Origin: Camelus dromedarius
Lineage: Eukaryota
Direction of reading: 5' to 3'
Assembly: GCF_036321535.1 (NCBI RefSeq)
Contig: NC_087449.1
Location: 35,154,001-35,218,000 of the forward strand
DNA: 64,000 nt
Shown here: positions 27,430 to 39,970 of the stretch, piece by piece
How positions within the stretch are numbered: the stretch's first letter is position 1
Layout: every line of letters begins with the position of its first letter
Made by a program: the position numbers and the translations under genes
The notes under the pieces: model-generated
What the model was told of the DNA's origin: nothing
Seen by the model: the letters and a program-made list of their open reading frames with translations, nothing else
The model's database searches: none

Positions 27430-27970
27430 TTTTTTTTATAATGAAATTTTTTTCTATTTAGAATTAGCCAGCTAGACTCAGTTTAGATGATTCCAGTTTT
27501 GTTGGCAACATCCAAAACATCATAGTCAGGAGCCAGTTGTACCTATGCCTTCTCTCCATCAGGCCTGATCAGGGTGTTGACCTCAGCCATGTCAATGTCA
27601 CAGAGCTTCTTCACAGCCTGTTTGATCTGGTGCTTGTTGGCCTTGATGTCCACAAGGAACATACTTGTGTTGTTGTCTTCTATCTTCTTCATGGCTGACT
27701 TGGTGGTCAGGGGGAACTTGATGATGGTGTAGTGACCAAGCTTGTTTCTCTTAGGGGCACTCTTCAGAGGATATTTGTGGCTGCCTTCTGAGCCACAGTG
27801 TTTTGGGCCGTTGGAAGGTGGGTGATGTCTGGATCTTTTTTGTGTGTGAGTGGCTGTGGAAGCCTTTCAGCACTGCTTTCTTGGCCTTCAAAGCTTTTGC
27901 GTTGGCTTTGGCTTTGGCTTTGGGAGGAGCAGGGGCTTCCTTCGCTTTCAGCACCATCTTCGTGAAAAGC
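27430..27970 (-). pseudogene. RPL23A: Processed pseudogene of 60S ribosomal protein L23a (ATG 27957, stop 27485-27483)
   Basis: Intronless match to RPL23A ([11 protein letters not shown]...[12 protein letters not shown]...[11 protein letters not shown]...KIEDNNT...[11 protein letters not shown]). +1 frameshift near codon 63, in-frame TAG at 27545-27543, A8 tail at 27437-27430, CTTTT 5' leader, 16-bp TSD tccccattt(t/c)actttt at 27418-27433 and 27971-27986. Confidence 0.97.
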
Positions 27971-28649
27971 TCCCCATTTCACTTTTGACTTACCAAAACT
28001 GGAACTCTATTAATTATTTCAGGTGAACTCAGCTCCTGGCAGAATGCTTACCACAAACCACATATAGCAAATGTTTGTTGATGAATAAACAATCCAGCTC
28101 ACTGTTAAACTTTTTAAAAAATGTACAAAGTAAAATACGTAGTTTACATTATCTCTCTCTCTCCCTCTGAAACAAAAATTTTATGAAACAATACTTATCT
28201 TTACTGCCTGTAATGCGTTGTGATGTTTGCTGTCCAACCTGTACTATCCTATTATTTTATTTGTGTTAAATGCTGGCTGTGACTCAATAAGTTGATTCAT
28301 AACAACATTAAGGCATTCCAAACCAAATTAGAATCATATTGGACTGTGCACAGGAGCTATATTTTATTTTGTTCATAGGCTATTTTATTTACTATCACTA
28401 TGTTTTCCTCCCCTATTTTCAGGTGTTAAGTGAGGACATAAATTGGAAAAAATAAACATGGGGAGAAATCCTTTGTACAGAACAGACAGTAGCTCTCCTC
28501 TGCAGGGTTTTATAGCATGTAAGGTTTGCCTCTTTGCCTTGGAAACACCATGAAAGCTTGGGATCAGATTGAGTCATTCTTGACAATGAGTGTTTCCCAT
28601 AATGTACGTGTCTATTCTTCCTTGGGCCACCAAGTAATTATAACACCAA

Positions 28650-29140
28650 ACATTTACTGAGAACTTGCTAAGTTTCTGGTACTGCTCTTCTAACCAGTAT
28701 ATATGTCCTCTCCATATAGATATATATACCCTCAGTTAATCCTCACAAAAACGTATTTAGCTCAGAACTATTATTATTCCCATTTTTATAGTTGAGAAAA
28801 CTGAGGCACAGAAAATAGCAGAGTCAGTACTTGAACCTCGGCAACCTTAAAATGATACGTATATCATGTCTAGACTACTACATTCAGATGCTGTCTCTGT
28901 CTCTTAATAACTGTGAGATCTTGAGCAAGTTACTTAACATCTCTGTGCCTATGTTTTCTCAACTATAAAACGAAGCTGATGATAATAATAGTTCTTACCC
29001 ACAAGATTTGTTGGGAAGATTAAAACAGTTTATATGTAATACTTAGAACAACGCCTGGCACATGGTAAGCACTTATTAAGTGTTTGCTCTTAATATGATG
29101 ACTTCAGAACCTGCACTCTAAACCACTGTGTTGAGCTGCC
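28650..29140. mobile_element. Nested MIRs (plus-strand MIR 28868-29092 inside a minus-strand MIR)
   Basis: Both MIR core orientations visible: cccatttttatagttgagaaaactgaggcacaga and ttgagcaagttacttaacatctctgtgcct. Confidence 0.7.
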
Positions 29141-29589
29141 TTTATAGATGAGTCTTTCTCAGTGAGAGAAACATATGCACTGAAAGGGACCCTAGAGACC
29201 AGCTATTTCCACTTGGTCATTTCACGGATAGGGTTGGTCTGAAGAGAAGGGGCTTGTTTATTCAAATGTATGTGGCAGAGCTGGGACTAGAACTTGGGTA
29301 TCCTGTTTCTCCATATAGCACTCTTTCCACCTGCAAGCCTCTCTCCTGCCCCCAGTCCCTTGTTTTCTTGTGAGTCCTACTATCCTGTGCTTTCCATTTT
29401 CTCCACGTAATTTTGTCTCTGGGAAGAAATCTAAGTGCTGGATGGGAAATTGGGAAGTTCCTTCACTCATCAGGTTATACCATAGCATCTTCCTTCCTAT
29501 GTTTGTTCATTGCAGGAATTTAGTATTTTATTATAACATATAAGGTTAGAAGACACAAAAGTTGGAGGAAGATAGACCTGCCAATTCTG

Positions 29590-30200
29590 GCTGTATCATG
29601 TCTAATCTCTCTGTGCCAACATTTACTCTTCTGGTGTCTCCTTCATCTGCCCGTAGCCTGCTCCGTTGGCTTCCTCTGGCCTTCCTGTATCTTTTCCCAC
29701 CCCGACAGGCTATTCCCACAGTAGCCTGAGTGAGGCTTTTAAAAAATGGCATTATGTCACTGCTCTGCTCAAAACCTTTCAATGGTTTTTCATTATTTGC
29801 AGGGGAGGGACCAAAATCCTTAAGATGGTCTTGTAGACCCTGCCTGTCTGGGCTCCCGCCATCTCTCCCTTTGCACTGTCCTTTCACTTCCTTGAAAGCA
29901 CCCTCATCTTCCCCACCTCAGGAACTTTGCATATTCTGTTGCCTTTGTCTAAACTGCTCTAACTTGGGGATTTATTTAGCTAATGCCTACCTTCCTTTCA
30001 GCTCTTTCAGTGACTTACTTTAGTTCCTTCATCACTCAGGGAAACCTATCTTTTTCTAAGTCACTTTATTATTTGCATAATTTTACTTTTTTTGGTTATT
30101 CCCTGATTAATTTCTATTTCTTCCTCTAGATTATAAACTTTGTAAGGATCAAAATAGTATCTTCTTTCTCTAATTCAGAGCCTGCTATGTATTAATTAGG
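29590..30200 (+). mobile_element. L2 LINE 3' fragment
   Basis: cactgctctgctcaaaacctttcaatggtt...gaactttgcatattctgttgcc...tagattataaactttgtaagg. Confidence 0.75.
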
Positions 30201-31459
30201 TTTTCTGCTATGTATCTAATCTATATTATATCTAACTGTTATAATGACCCAAAAGGTTGACCTACTGTGTCTTTTATAGATGAGGAAATTGAGATTTAGA
30301 TAAATTAAATACCTTATCATAAGGCCATACAGCTAGTAAGTGGTGAGGCTGGAATACGAATTCAGGTTCTTCTAGTTCCCAAGCTGGTATCCTTTCCTTT
30401 ACACTGTATTGCCTATAACTAGGAAGTTTTAATCTTTGTTATTATTATTATTTTTTATTGTTGTTAAAAAAGAAATGGACTTAACAGCATATTAGCCAAA
30501 TGTGAAATTTCCTTCCTGAATATGTTTATATTTTTGACGGGGAAGAAGGCAAGAATTGTGTATCCACATGATCATCTTTAGAAAAATGTTACCCACTTCC
30601 ACACAGCTTTCTTTCAAAACGAATGTTAATGACGTAGTTTAATCCACCTAAATACCTTGTATCAGATTTCACTCTGTGTACTTGTATGTTTACTGTGTTT
30701 TTATTCTGCCCCAGAGGCTAGTATCTGAGAAATAAAGTTTGCTCAGGAATGGCTGAATCAGAAGTTTGAGATTTAGATCCTTGCCTACATTGCTGAGGTT
30801 TAGGAACAAGCAATTGTTGTAAACCAAGTAACTTTTATTCATGACTTCCTCACGTTTTCTTTATTTCTACTCATTACAGCATCTTTATTATCAGTTTGAA
30901 ACAGATTTTTCCTTTTGTATCTTGTTAGTTTTCTCTTCTCAGAATTTCTTGTAAGGAAGTACGTTGTAGATTTCACTTTGATTCTGACGCCTCCGTGAAC
31001 TTCAAAGGTAATATTCCCTCAGAGAGAAGCTTAGATTCTAATTTTTATTTCAGAAAATAACACAGGCAACATATTTGAAGTAGCATGGTGGAAAAATGTA
31101 AAAGAAGAAATGAATGCATGAGCTGTCCTTTTAAAGAAGGTGAAGATAAGAGACTAGAAGAAGGAAGGAAAAAACAGGCCTATATGAAGAACACAGGCCC
31201 CTTCAAGCAATAACAAGTCTCACAGGTAAACATTTTTTTTTCCTTTAAGATAAAAATTATCTTGAAGTAAAAAAGAGAACTGACTGATTTTCCGGGGAAA
31301 GAAAAGAAAACTACTCTTACTACAGTATTTCTTCTAAAAAGAGTGAGCTCATACCAGCTGTTTGAAAAATATCTTAAAACATAACATTTCCTGTCACAAA
31401 AGGGCAACAAGCTCTGTCCCATGGAGATACTGCTTTTATTTGGTAAAAACTAAACCAGA

Positions 31460-32115
31460 GAGGGGAAGCAGAGATCCCCACTCCTTAAGTGTGAGCCGCA
31501 CATGGTGACTTCTTCCAAAGAATACAGAAAGGGGAGAAAAGACTAACTTTACAATGGAGAGAACTAACAAACACTATCTCAGCCAGGTGATCAAGATCAG
31601 CATCAATGTCATAAATCATGCTGATACTACATTCTCTTGGTATTATATGATGAAAATGGCAATTTACCTCTGTGATCATCTTCCCCAAACCCATAACTGC
31701 AGTCTACTCATGAGGAAAACATCAGATAAATTGCAATCGAGGGGCACCCTACAAAATACTTGAGCAATATTCTCTAAAAATTTCAAGGTGATCAAAAGCA
31801 AGGAGAGTCTGAGAAAGTATTATAGCTAAGAGAAGCCTAAGGAGACACATTAACTAAATGTAATTTGATATCCTGCATGGGATCTTGGAAAAGAAAATGG
31901 ACCTTAGCTAAAACTAAGGAAATCTTAATAAACTTTGGACTTCAGTTAATAATAGTGTATCAGAATTGGTTCATTAATTGTAACAAATGTACCATACTAA
32001 TATAAGAACTTAATAATAGGGGAAACTGGGTACAGGGTATATGGGAACTCTCTCTACTATTTTCTCAGTCTTTCTGTAAATCTAAAACTCTTCTAAAAAG
32101 TAAAATTCATTTTTA
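31460..32115 (+). mobile_element. L1MC-type 3' end
   Basis: Diagnostic ccccactccttaagtgtgagccgcacatggtgacttc...gagaagcctaaggagacac...aataggggaaactgggtacagggtatatgggaactctct...gtaaatctaaaact. Confidence 0.88.
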
Positions 32116-33821
32116 AAAAGCAACAAATAAAAACTTTTATTGGGTCATTTGAAGGGTTTCTATGGGAATTTAGGGGAAAACAGAAATAATGAATGTTATG
32201 TAATAATGCTTTCTGGCTTAAGAAATGCCTTAATATATACAAAATAATTTAATTTCTAAACAGTCTAGTGAAGTAGATTCAATTAATTACTCCTATTTTA
32301 TAGTTAGGAAAAGTGGAGCTTAGAAAGATGAAATGACTTGCTGAGAATCAAAAGCTCATCTGACTAGTTTCTTTGCATCTCATCCCAGTTACCTCTCTAT
32401 TTACTGTCCCCAAATGTTAGCAACAAAGGAGGAAAAAACAGCTCTAGAGTTTAAATGGCTGATGAACATAAGCCAAATGAATAATTCCAAAACATTTTCC
32501 TATTTGCCCCCCAAAGATGTTTATTTAAGATCTTCATTTAAGCACGCTGGTTAACAGTATCTTATCAGGCAGTCAATGAATTATGTTTGCTTTTGATAAC
32601 AGGGTGCGTTACCACTGAAGGTGGGTGGTGATGTGCATAAACAGTACTCCTTGTCAGCTTTATTTTTTAGTTCTGCACAGTTTAGGAAAATGACCTTTAC
32701 TCAAGGCTACTTTAGACATCTCATCTGGCTTTTCAGAGTTCTCTGATAATAGATAATGTTTTGTACTTTGAACTGGGGAAGTGTTCAAAGACCAGCGATG
32801 GTTTGGGGGATTATTTACAAAGCATTCCAGTTGTGGTGGCCATATGCCATTCCATCTGCATGGATTGTTTGGGTATTGTTCGGCAGTATTCCATAGCATG
32901 CCCACTCTTGCTTTTGGATTACAAACTCCTTGGGGTATGGGTATTTTTTTCGGTTGGACCATTTTACCTGCTGCAAAGCAACACATGCTCTTTCTCCATC
33001 CAGATACAGAGGACATATGGCTCTTAAATTGGCCATTGTAGGACCAATGGAAATATACATATGTGAAATTGTATCTTTTGTAATCAGTTTATTGTGGGGC
33101 AGGCTGGTGGGGTGGTAGCTACCACTTAAAACATTGGCCAAGACACATATAACAATTATTGCATACTATTAAATACAGCTATGTGAGATGAACTCACCAT
33201 ACAGAATCTGTCTTTAATCCCATCACAGCAGCTAGTTTAATAATTATGGATCTTGTTGGGTGTTCTGAAGGGTATCTGGCCTAGGTCTCTGCCAGATCTT
33301 AGTTGGAGAGTGGGTATGGGAGGGAGGTAAACAGGTTACACAAGGAGAATTTTAAACAAGAGGACTTCCCCATTCAATGTGATTTTTAACTTCTCTTATT
33401 TCTGGAAACTCTACTGGAAGGAAAGTTCAGATTATTTTAATCACCTTTGGGGGCATTTAGAATGAGGATGTTTTAGGACTTTTGGGGCACAAATCATTTA
33501 CAGGGCTTCAGGGACTACACTTCACTCCTCCAACCACACAGAAGCCACCTTTCTACTGTTCACCTTATTGTTGAGTCATCCCAGATTACCTGCAGTTTCT
33601 TGAGTTTTCAAGCTGTGTTCTCTTACCCTCTGCTCTTCACATCTCTTACTGTTTCCTTTACCTAGGGTCCTTCCCTACCCCTTAAAACTCAGCTTATATT
33701 TTATCTTCCTCTAGGAAATCTCCTTTGATCATATCATATTTCAACTGCAGTTTTAGATTAGGTGCACCTTCTTGGTACTCCCCAGATACCTGTACATAGA
33801 ACAATCATACTTTTTGTTTGT

Positions 33822-34370
33822 TCATTCATTCATTCATTCGGCCATTCATTCAAAAATATTTATGAAGCATCTACTATGTGTCAGAAGATGTTTTAGCTGC
33901 TGGTGAGACAGCAGGATACAGACTAGGTAAGGTTCCTGCTCTCTTAGAGCTTATAGCAGGGAAATCGTCAATAAGTAAGTAGGCACATAATTTTAAAATT
34001 TTTATGATTTTAGACAGTAAAGGGAAAAAGCAGGGTAATGTAATAGTGATGGCATGTGGGGGCTATTCTGACTGAGTGGTCAGGGAGAGTTTCTCTGAGG
34101 AGGGGACATTTGAAGAAAAACCTGAATGAAGTGAGAGAGCAAGTGAGTGAAGATATGAAGGCAGAGCAGTCCCAGCAGAGGAGGACATGAAAGCTGTGAA
34201 GGGGAAATGAGCTTGGGGTGTTTGGGGAGCAGCAAGGAGCCTTTGTGGCTGGAGCATGGCAAGTGAGAGGGAATGCGCTAGGAGGTGAGACTGGAAAGGC
34301 AGGCCTAGCCAGGTGATGTTGGGCATTAAAGGCCAAGGAGAGAACTTTATGCGTTGATAGAGCCAAGGTT
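33822..34370 (-). mobile_element. L2a LINE 3' fragment
   Basis: ttcattcattcattc...aaatatttatgaagcatctactatgtg...gagtggtcagggagagtttctctgaggagggg. Confidence 0.8.
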
Positions 34371-35628
34371 TGCACCTAGACTTACCTGTGCCTATCATTT
34401 TACCTACATGTATCATATTCTGTAATACAATGATGGGAAGTGAACTCTTTAAGCTGTTCAAAAATATGTAATTAATATGTATTAAAATGTAATCTAAATG
34501 GTTTGGAAAAATTAACCACATTTAATAATTAGGAAAGAAATATACAGTTTCAGCCCTAGTATTAGTCATTGAGCTATTTTGATCAACTCAGTGAGGATAC
34601 AGGTTTTTATCAGGCTGAAGTATTCTTGAATTATTCTAAATCAGAGAACAGCTCAATTCTAATTCCAGATTTATATCATTAATTGGGATATTCAGCTTTT
34701 TTTTTCCGCACATATTTTATGAAAAAAGTCATGGCCCATTGTTTCATTACATAGCCATAAATTTCGAGATAATTCTGGGATATATGTACTTCCATACACA
34801 ATTTCAGGGATACTGTGACTCTTTACTGGGCATGGTTAAATTTCACATCACTTCCCCTTAAACTAATAGAAGAGATGCTTATTAATTAGGACACATCCTA
34901 AGATTTGCACTCCAGCAGCAATTCTGGAAATTTAGGTTCATTGGCATCATAGTCTGTGAATCTCTTCTGAAGCTGTCACTCCTTTTCTAACATGTAACTC
35001 TATAACTCTAAAATTTGTTTTTTCTTTTGAGCACTGGAAAACAATGTTCTATGGCCTCATGTTCCAACTAAACGTCTTCACTTCCTTAACAAGTCAGCAA
35101 CAGCCTTGTTTTACTCCTACAGTTTTAAGCTCAGTGTGTTAGATATCTGTCACATCAGAAGTCCAATCTTAATGACACTGGGGGACCTAGCAAAATGGGT
35201 GTCCTAGAGTCTTTTAGTTACAAGTCTTTTATTTTACTTCTTAAATAAGTTTAAACAATCAAGCCACCTGATGTCATTAAAATAAACTAGGTTTCCATAC
35301 CCTACTTTGTCTTCTCCCAAATATCCCATAAATAAGTACCAGTTAAGGGCATGAGCATGAAGAAAACTGGAGATCTTCATCTGTCCTTCCGTTAAATCAC
35401 AGAGAACTCAGCACATCTAGTTCATACCACACAATCTGAAAGAGGCATGAAAGCTTGAGTGTACAACCCTACTCTCCTAAAGCATTGAAAGTAATTTCCC
35501 CCTTTTTCTGCAGGTGCCCCATCGTGACAACTGCAATCAGCTTTTCTGTGTTTAAATCAAGCATCTCAAGTTTCTTCTCAGCAGACCGTTAAGTTCTATC
35601 AGTTCATGTGCCCTGGCTAATTGGTAAA

Positions 35629-35687
35629 ACATTTTTTCCTGTAAATATCACAGCCAGAATGCTGGCAAGGGTATCACGTGACAGGTA
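35629..35687 (+). repeat. 59-bp segment A, exactly duplicated at 36439-36497
   Basis: acattttttcctgtaaatatcacagccagaatgctggcaagggtatcacgtgacaggta occurs twice, identical. Confidence 0.97.
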
Positions 35688-35789
35688 CTTGCACACCCTG
35701 CCAGTGAGAGCATAAAGGGATGAGGTCTTTAGGGAGGACAACTAATCAATACGTTTCAAGAGTCAGGAAAAGTTCAGCCCCTGTGACTT

Positions 35790-36110
35790 GGTGACTTCAT
35801 GTACAGAAATCCAAACCAAGGAAGTGATCAGAGATGACTATCTAAGATGTTTGTATGAAGATGCTCACTGCAATACTGTTTATGACAGAAAGAGAAGTAG
35901 GACTTGGTTGACCTAAATATCCATGAAGAAGATAGTTTAATTACTTATGCTACATCTCTAAGATGGGTTTTTTGTGGTAACAGGAATAATGTTTTCAAGA
36001 AATACCTTATGATATGAGAAAATTCTCATGAATTAACATTAAGTGATGAAAGGATGGCATAAACAATACATTTTGTGAGATCTCAATTTTTCAAAAATAA
36101 ATTTATACAT
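35790..36110 (+). mobile_element. L1ME-type fragment
   Basis: aagatgctcactgcaatactgttt...cctaaatatccatg...gaaaattctcatgaattaacattaagtga; decayed. Confidence 0.55.
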
Positions 36111-36438
36111 TTTATTTTTGAGTACAATGCATTCTCTAGTCTCATCTCCACTCAGGTCCCTAGATACTAGATGGTTGGTGAGGTCTGACTCTTCTTGGTT
36201 ACCCTGTCCTGCTAATCTTACCCAAATAAAGAACTACATGAAGTACATAAAGCTTTTTAAGAAGGTAGAAACAGAGACCAAAACCCACCCATTTTTAGTA
36301 GTCTATTTTATGGAACAAGTGAAGCTTTTCACACTTGGTCCTTCAAAAAGAGGGTGGCCTTTGAGGGAATCTCCATCTTTGGGACCTCTTTCCCTTCTCA
36401 ATTTCTTTGAGCTTTCTTCTTTAACTCCAACTTCTTCC

Positions 36439-36564
36439 ACATTTTTTCCTGTAAATATCACAGCCAGAATGCTGGCAAGGGTATCACGTGACAGGTATAA
36501 GGCAAAAGTTCTCGTAACCACCACCAAGATTGATAGGACTTTTCCAGTTAAAAGTCCCTTCATG
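36439..36564 (+). repeat. Chimeric insertion: copy of 35629-35687 joined to a copy of 37613-37680
   Basis: Direct comparison: 59/59 and 65/68 identity. Confidence 0.95.
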
Positions 36565-37559
36565 ACTCATGATCTCACTCCCTTCTTAGGAATTCTACTC
36601 CTCTCTCTGAAGGAGGACAATCTGCCCTCTGACTTTTTGTGTCTTATTCGGGTCCATTTTCCCTCAACTTCTACTATTCTCAGTCATTGCTTATTCCTAG
36701 CAGAAAAACATCGCTGTTGATTTCCTTATTAATTTACCCAAGAAGTAATCACATCTTACCAAGGGGCTGTGTGTGTGCCATTCATATTTCTTGGAGACCA
36801 TCAAGATTTACCAAAGACAGTCTTTCCCTTCTATTACCATTTATTTATCCTTACTCCTTTCAGAACAGTAGGCCCTGGCATTACTGTGCTAAGAAATCAT
36901 TGTTGCTCTCCTGAGGCTGGTTTGTATTTCAAATCCACCAAACTAGCCATCAATGGCTTTTACTCTTTGCTACCCAGAACTGTGTTGATGCCAATTACCT
37001 TCTCTTTCATAGCATGACTTACCACGATTAAGGGTAGGAGCTAGAAAGGGGGTAGGTTTTTCAGTCCAGATTGCCATAATGTCTCTTCCACTAGGTTGTC
37101 AGTTCCCTCAAGCCAATACTGAGCCTGATTTATCCAGCTACTGCCCCACCCCCACCATCATTGATACAATACTTTGTCCATTAAATCAGGCTGCCTTTAT
37201 GTTATCGATATGATTTGAAAGTTCAATAAGGGAAAGGCTTGGAGTTAATGGAATGTATTAATGAAGAGCATGATCTTTGGAATCAAGTCTGGTTTCCAAT
37301 CTAACCGTATCACTTACTAGCTGTGTTACGTCTGGCAACTTATTTAACCTCTCTGTTTCTTGATTTACAAAGTTGAGGTACAACCTGTCTCATGCAGCTA
37401 TCGGGAGAATGAAATAAGAATGTGTATAAGGTGCTTGATATATAAGGTGCACTTATTAAATGGTAACAATTATTATAGTAAATTATAGATAGTCTGAAAT
37501 CTAGAATATTAACATGAACAAAAATGATTAGGATGGAGGTGTGCTCCTGAACTGAAAGA

Positions 37560-37830
37560 ACGTATTTCTTTTAAAAACACAAATGCACAAATGTAGAGCT
37601 TCACAAGTTCTCATAAGGCAAACGTTCTTGTAACCACCACCAAGATTGATAGGACTTTTCTAGTTAAAAGTCCCTTCATGTTCCTTGTCCTCATCACAGT
37701 TCCCTTCCTAACTAATTTAATAGTGATCACTTCTCTGTGTTTCTTTATGGTTTTATCACCCAAGTCTGTATCCCTAAACAATATATTTTAGCTGTGTACA
37801 TTTTTAATTTAACATGTCCCCACAATTGTA
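37560..37830 (-). mobile_element. L1ME-type 3' end (native source of duplicated segment B, 37613-37680)
   Basis: gtaaccaccaccaag...atcacttctctgtgtttctttatggttttatcacccaagtctgtatccctaaacaatat reverse L1ME pattern. Confidence 0.65.
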
Positions 37831-37970
37831 AAGAGCGATATAAGAAAACAAGTTTCAGCTCAACTGACAGGTACAATAAAAACACATACACAATGTAGAG
37901 TCTTAGTACACTGCATTAGTTAAAAGCATGGAATCCAGAGACAAGTTGCTTGGGTTAATATCCCAATTCT

Positions 37971-38110
37971 TATAGCAGAGGGAACTATATTTAATAGCTT
38001 GTAATAACTATAATGAAAAAGAATATATATATATATATATATCTGAGTCACTATGCTGTACACCAGAAACTGACACAACATTGTAAATCAACTATACTTC
38101 AATAAAAAAA
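37971..38110 (+). mobile_element. Short young L1 3' end inserted into a MIR (MIR about 37915-38215)
   Basis: tatagcagagggaactatat...caccagaaactgacacaacattgtaaatcaactatacttcaataaaaaaaa; TSD atcccaattct at 37960-37970 and 38111-38121. Confidence 0.9.
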
Positions 38111-38424
38111 ATCCCAATTCTGCCATTTATTAGCTCTTTGAATTTGACCATGTTATGCAACTTCTCAGTACTCATTCTTCTCATTTGCAAAATGGAAATA
38201 ATAATAGTAATACTTATCTACATGAAAGGAAATATACAATATATCTTTTAGGAAATAAAACAATTAGCTAAATGTTCAATTCAGGAAGAGTAAGTCCTAA
38301 AACTCTAAGAACCACAAAAGAAAAAAAAAAGGCCAAAATACTTAAATTAAACATTGAGGCATAGATGTCTTGTTGTCTCTCAGTACTTCTTCACCTCCTC
38401 CTCTTCATTAAATAGAGAACCCTG

Positions 38425-38602
38425 AGCCAAGATCAGTTTCATGGCCATGTGCCTATGCAGTCACACAGGGTGCAGTGCTCTGGGGGCCCCAAGATTAGTT
38501 AATTCTCTCCTGCTGCCATCATGAAACTCTTTATAATTTTTGAACAAGGGGTTCCACATTTTCATTTTGCACTGGGCACTACCAATTATGTATCCTTTCC
38601 TG
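38425..38602 (+). mobile_element. MER53-like hAT MITE
   Basis: atgcagtcacacagggtgcagtgctctgggggcccc...ttttcattttgcactgggcactaccaattatgtatcctttcctg. Confidence 0.75.
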
Positions 38603-38607
38603 ATCTG

Positions 38608-38995
38608 GGCACACAACTGCCCATAATAGAGACTTATTTCCTATTCCTTCTTCAGCTAGGAGTGCTTCTATGAGCAAATTCTGCTCAATGGGATGTAAGT
38701 AGAATTGTATGTGCAACTTATGAAATGTGTCCTTAAGAGACATTTCTCTTTCTTGCTGGCTGAAATACAGTCATAATGCTGGAACTCCAGTAGTCATCTT
38801 GGACCAAAATGGAAGCCATGCATAGTGGAACACCAAGATATACATAGTTTGATTTCTGACACTTATAGCACCATAACAGTTTTGAACTACTTCCAGACTT
38901 CTTAAACTTAAAAAAGAAGAAATATTTTATCTTGTTTAAGCCACTGGCATTTTGTTTTTCCTATAACTTGTACCTGAAACTAATCCTAACTAATT
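38608..38995 (+). mobile_element. MaLR LTR (MLT1J-like)
   Basis: caatgggatgtaagtagaa...cagtagtcatcttggacc...tcttgtttaagccactgg...cctaactaat. Confidence 0.65.
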
Positions 38996-39049
38996 GAAAG
39001 AGAGAGAAAGTGAGAGAAGAAGAGAGAGAGAGGGAGTTTCACAAAACTA

Positions 39050-39970
39050 AAAGCTTTGAAAAGATCTGTAACATAGATATGTCCCTGGAAATACCAATCA
39101 AGAAAAAAAATTGAAATAAACAAAATTGATAATAAAAATAAATACATAGACATAAGAGAGATCTTAAAAATTAAAATTATGAAAACTTAAAACAAATAAA
39201 ATTCACATATTTATGAAAAACACATAATGACAAATTTGGCTCTAGAAAAATACAAAATAATGACCATTAAAGAATTAGAAATGATAGTAAAAATGTTCCC
39301 TCCTAAATTGTCTAGGTTCAGATGGCCCATTTTATTTTCTAAGATAGACATAAACATTTTAAAAGTTAGATAGCTAACTGAATCCAAAAATGCATTTAAA
39401 AAATAAACTGTCATCAAATAATATTTACCCCAAACATGCAAAGATGTTTTAACATCAGAAAATCTTTCAATCTATCAATCTCCATGCATTAAAGGAGAAA
39501 AAAAAAAGATTATTTTAGTAGATGCAAAAAAAAAAAGCTTTTGATTTAAAATTCAGTACTTATTTGTAATATTAAAAATTCTTTGAAAACCTCCGCAATT
39601 TGACAAAAACTCTGAGTCAAAAGCAACATTTAATGAAAAACTTTAGATGCAGTTCCTTCAATATCAGGAAAAGACAAGAATCTCAGCTATATTAACACAA
39701 TACTAGAGGCTCTGTCTAAAGCAATAATACAGGAAAAAGAAGTATGTTAATAGGATGGGAAGAAAAGATACAACTATGGTTTTGGTGTTGATTTTTCTTA
39801 TAGGTTAAAAAAAATCTGAAACAATCAGCCAACTATTAGACATAATACGAGAGTTTACTGAATTTTACAATTCTAATACTGTAAAATCAATAGCACTTGT
39901 CTACAGGAGCAAAGTAAGTAGGAAAAATTATAGAACATAAGATACTATTCCAATACTTTAAGAACTACAA
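39050..39970 (+). mobile_element. Old L1 ORF2 fragment (decayed)
   Basis: A-rich L1 ORF2 landmarks: ggttcagatgg, gtagatgcaaaaaa..gcttttgat, ggaaaagacaagaat, atactagaggctct..aaagcaataatacaggaaaaagaa; no intact ORF. Confidence 0.7.

Noticed and set aside
27946-27966. TTCAGCACCA, the left half of a REST/NRSE site near neural genes
   Set aside because: The right half (GGACAG) is missing, and the sequence is simply the reverse strand of the RPL23A retrocopy start.
35514-35684. Exon-like 171-nt segment (ttttctgcAG acceptor; ACAG|GTactt donor)
   Set aside because: All three frames contain stops, the donor is weak, and no transcript evidence is available.
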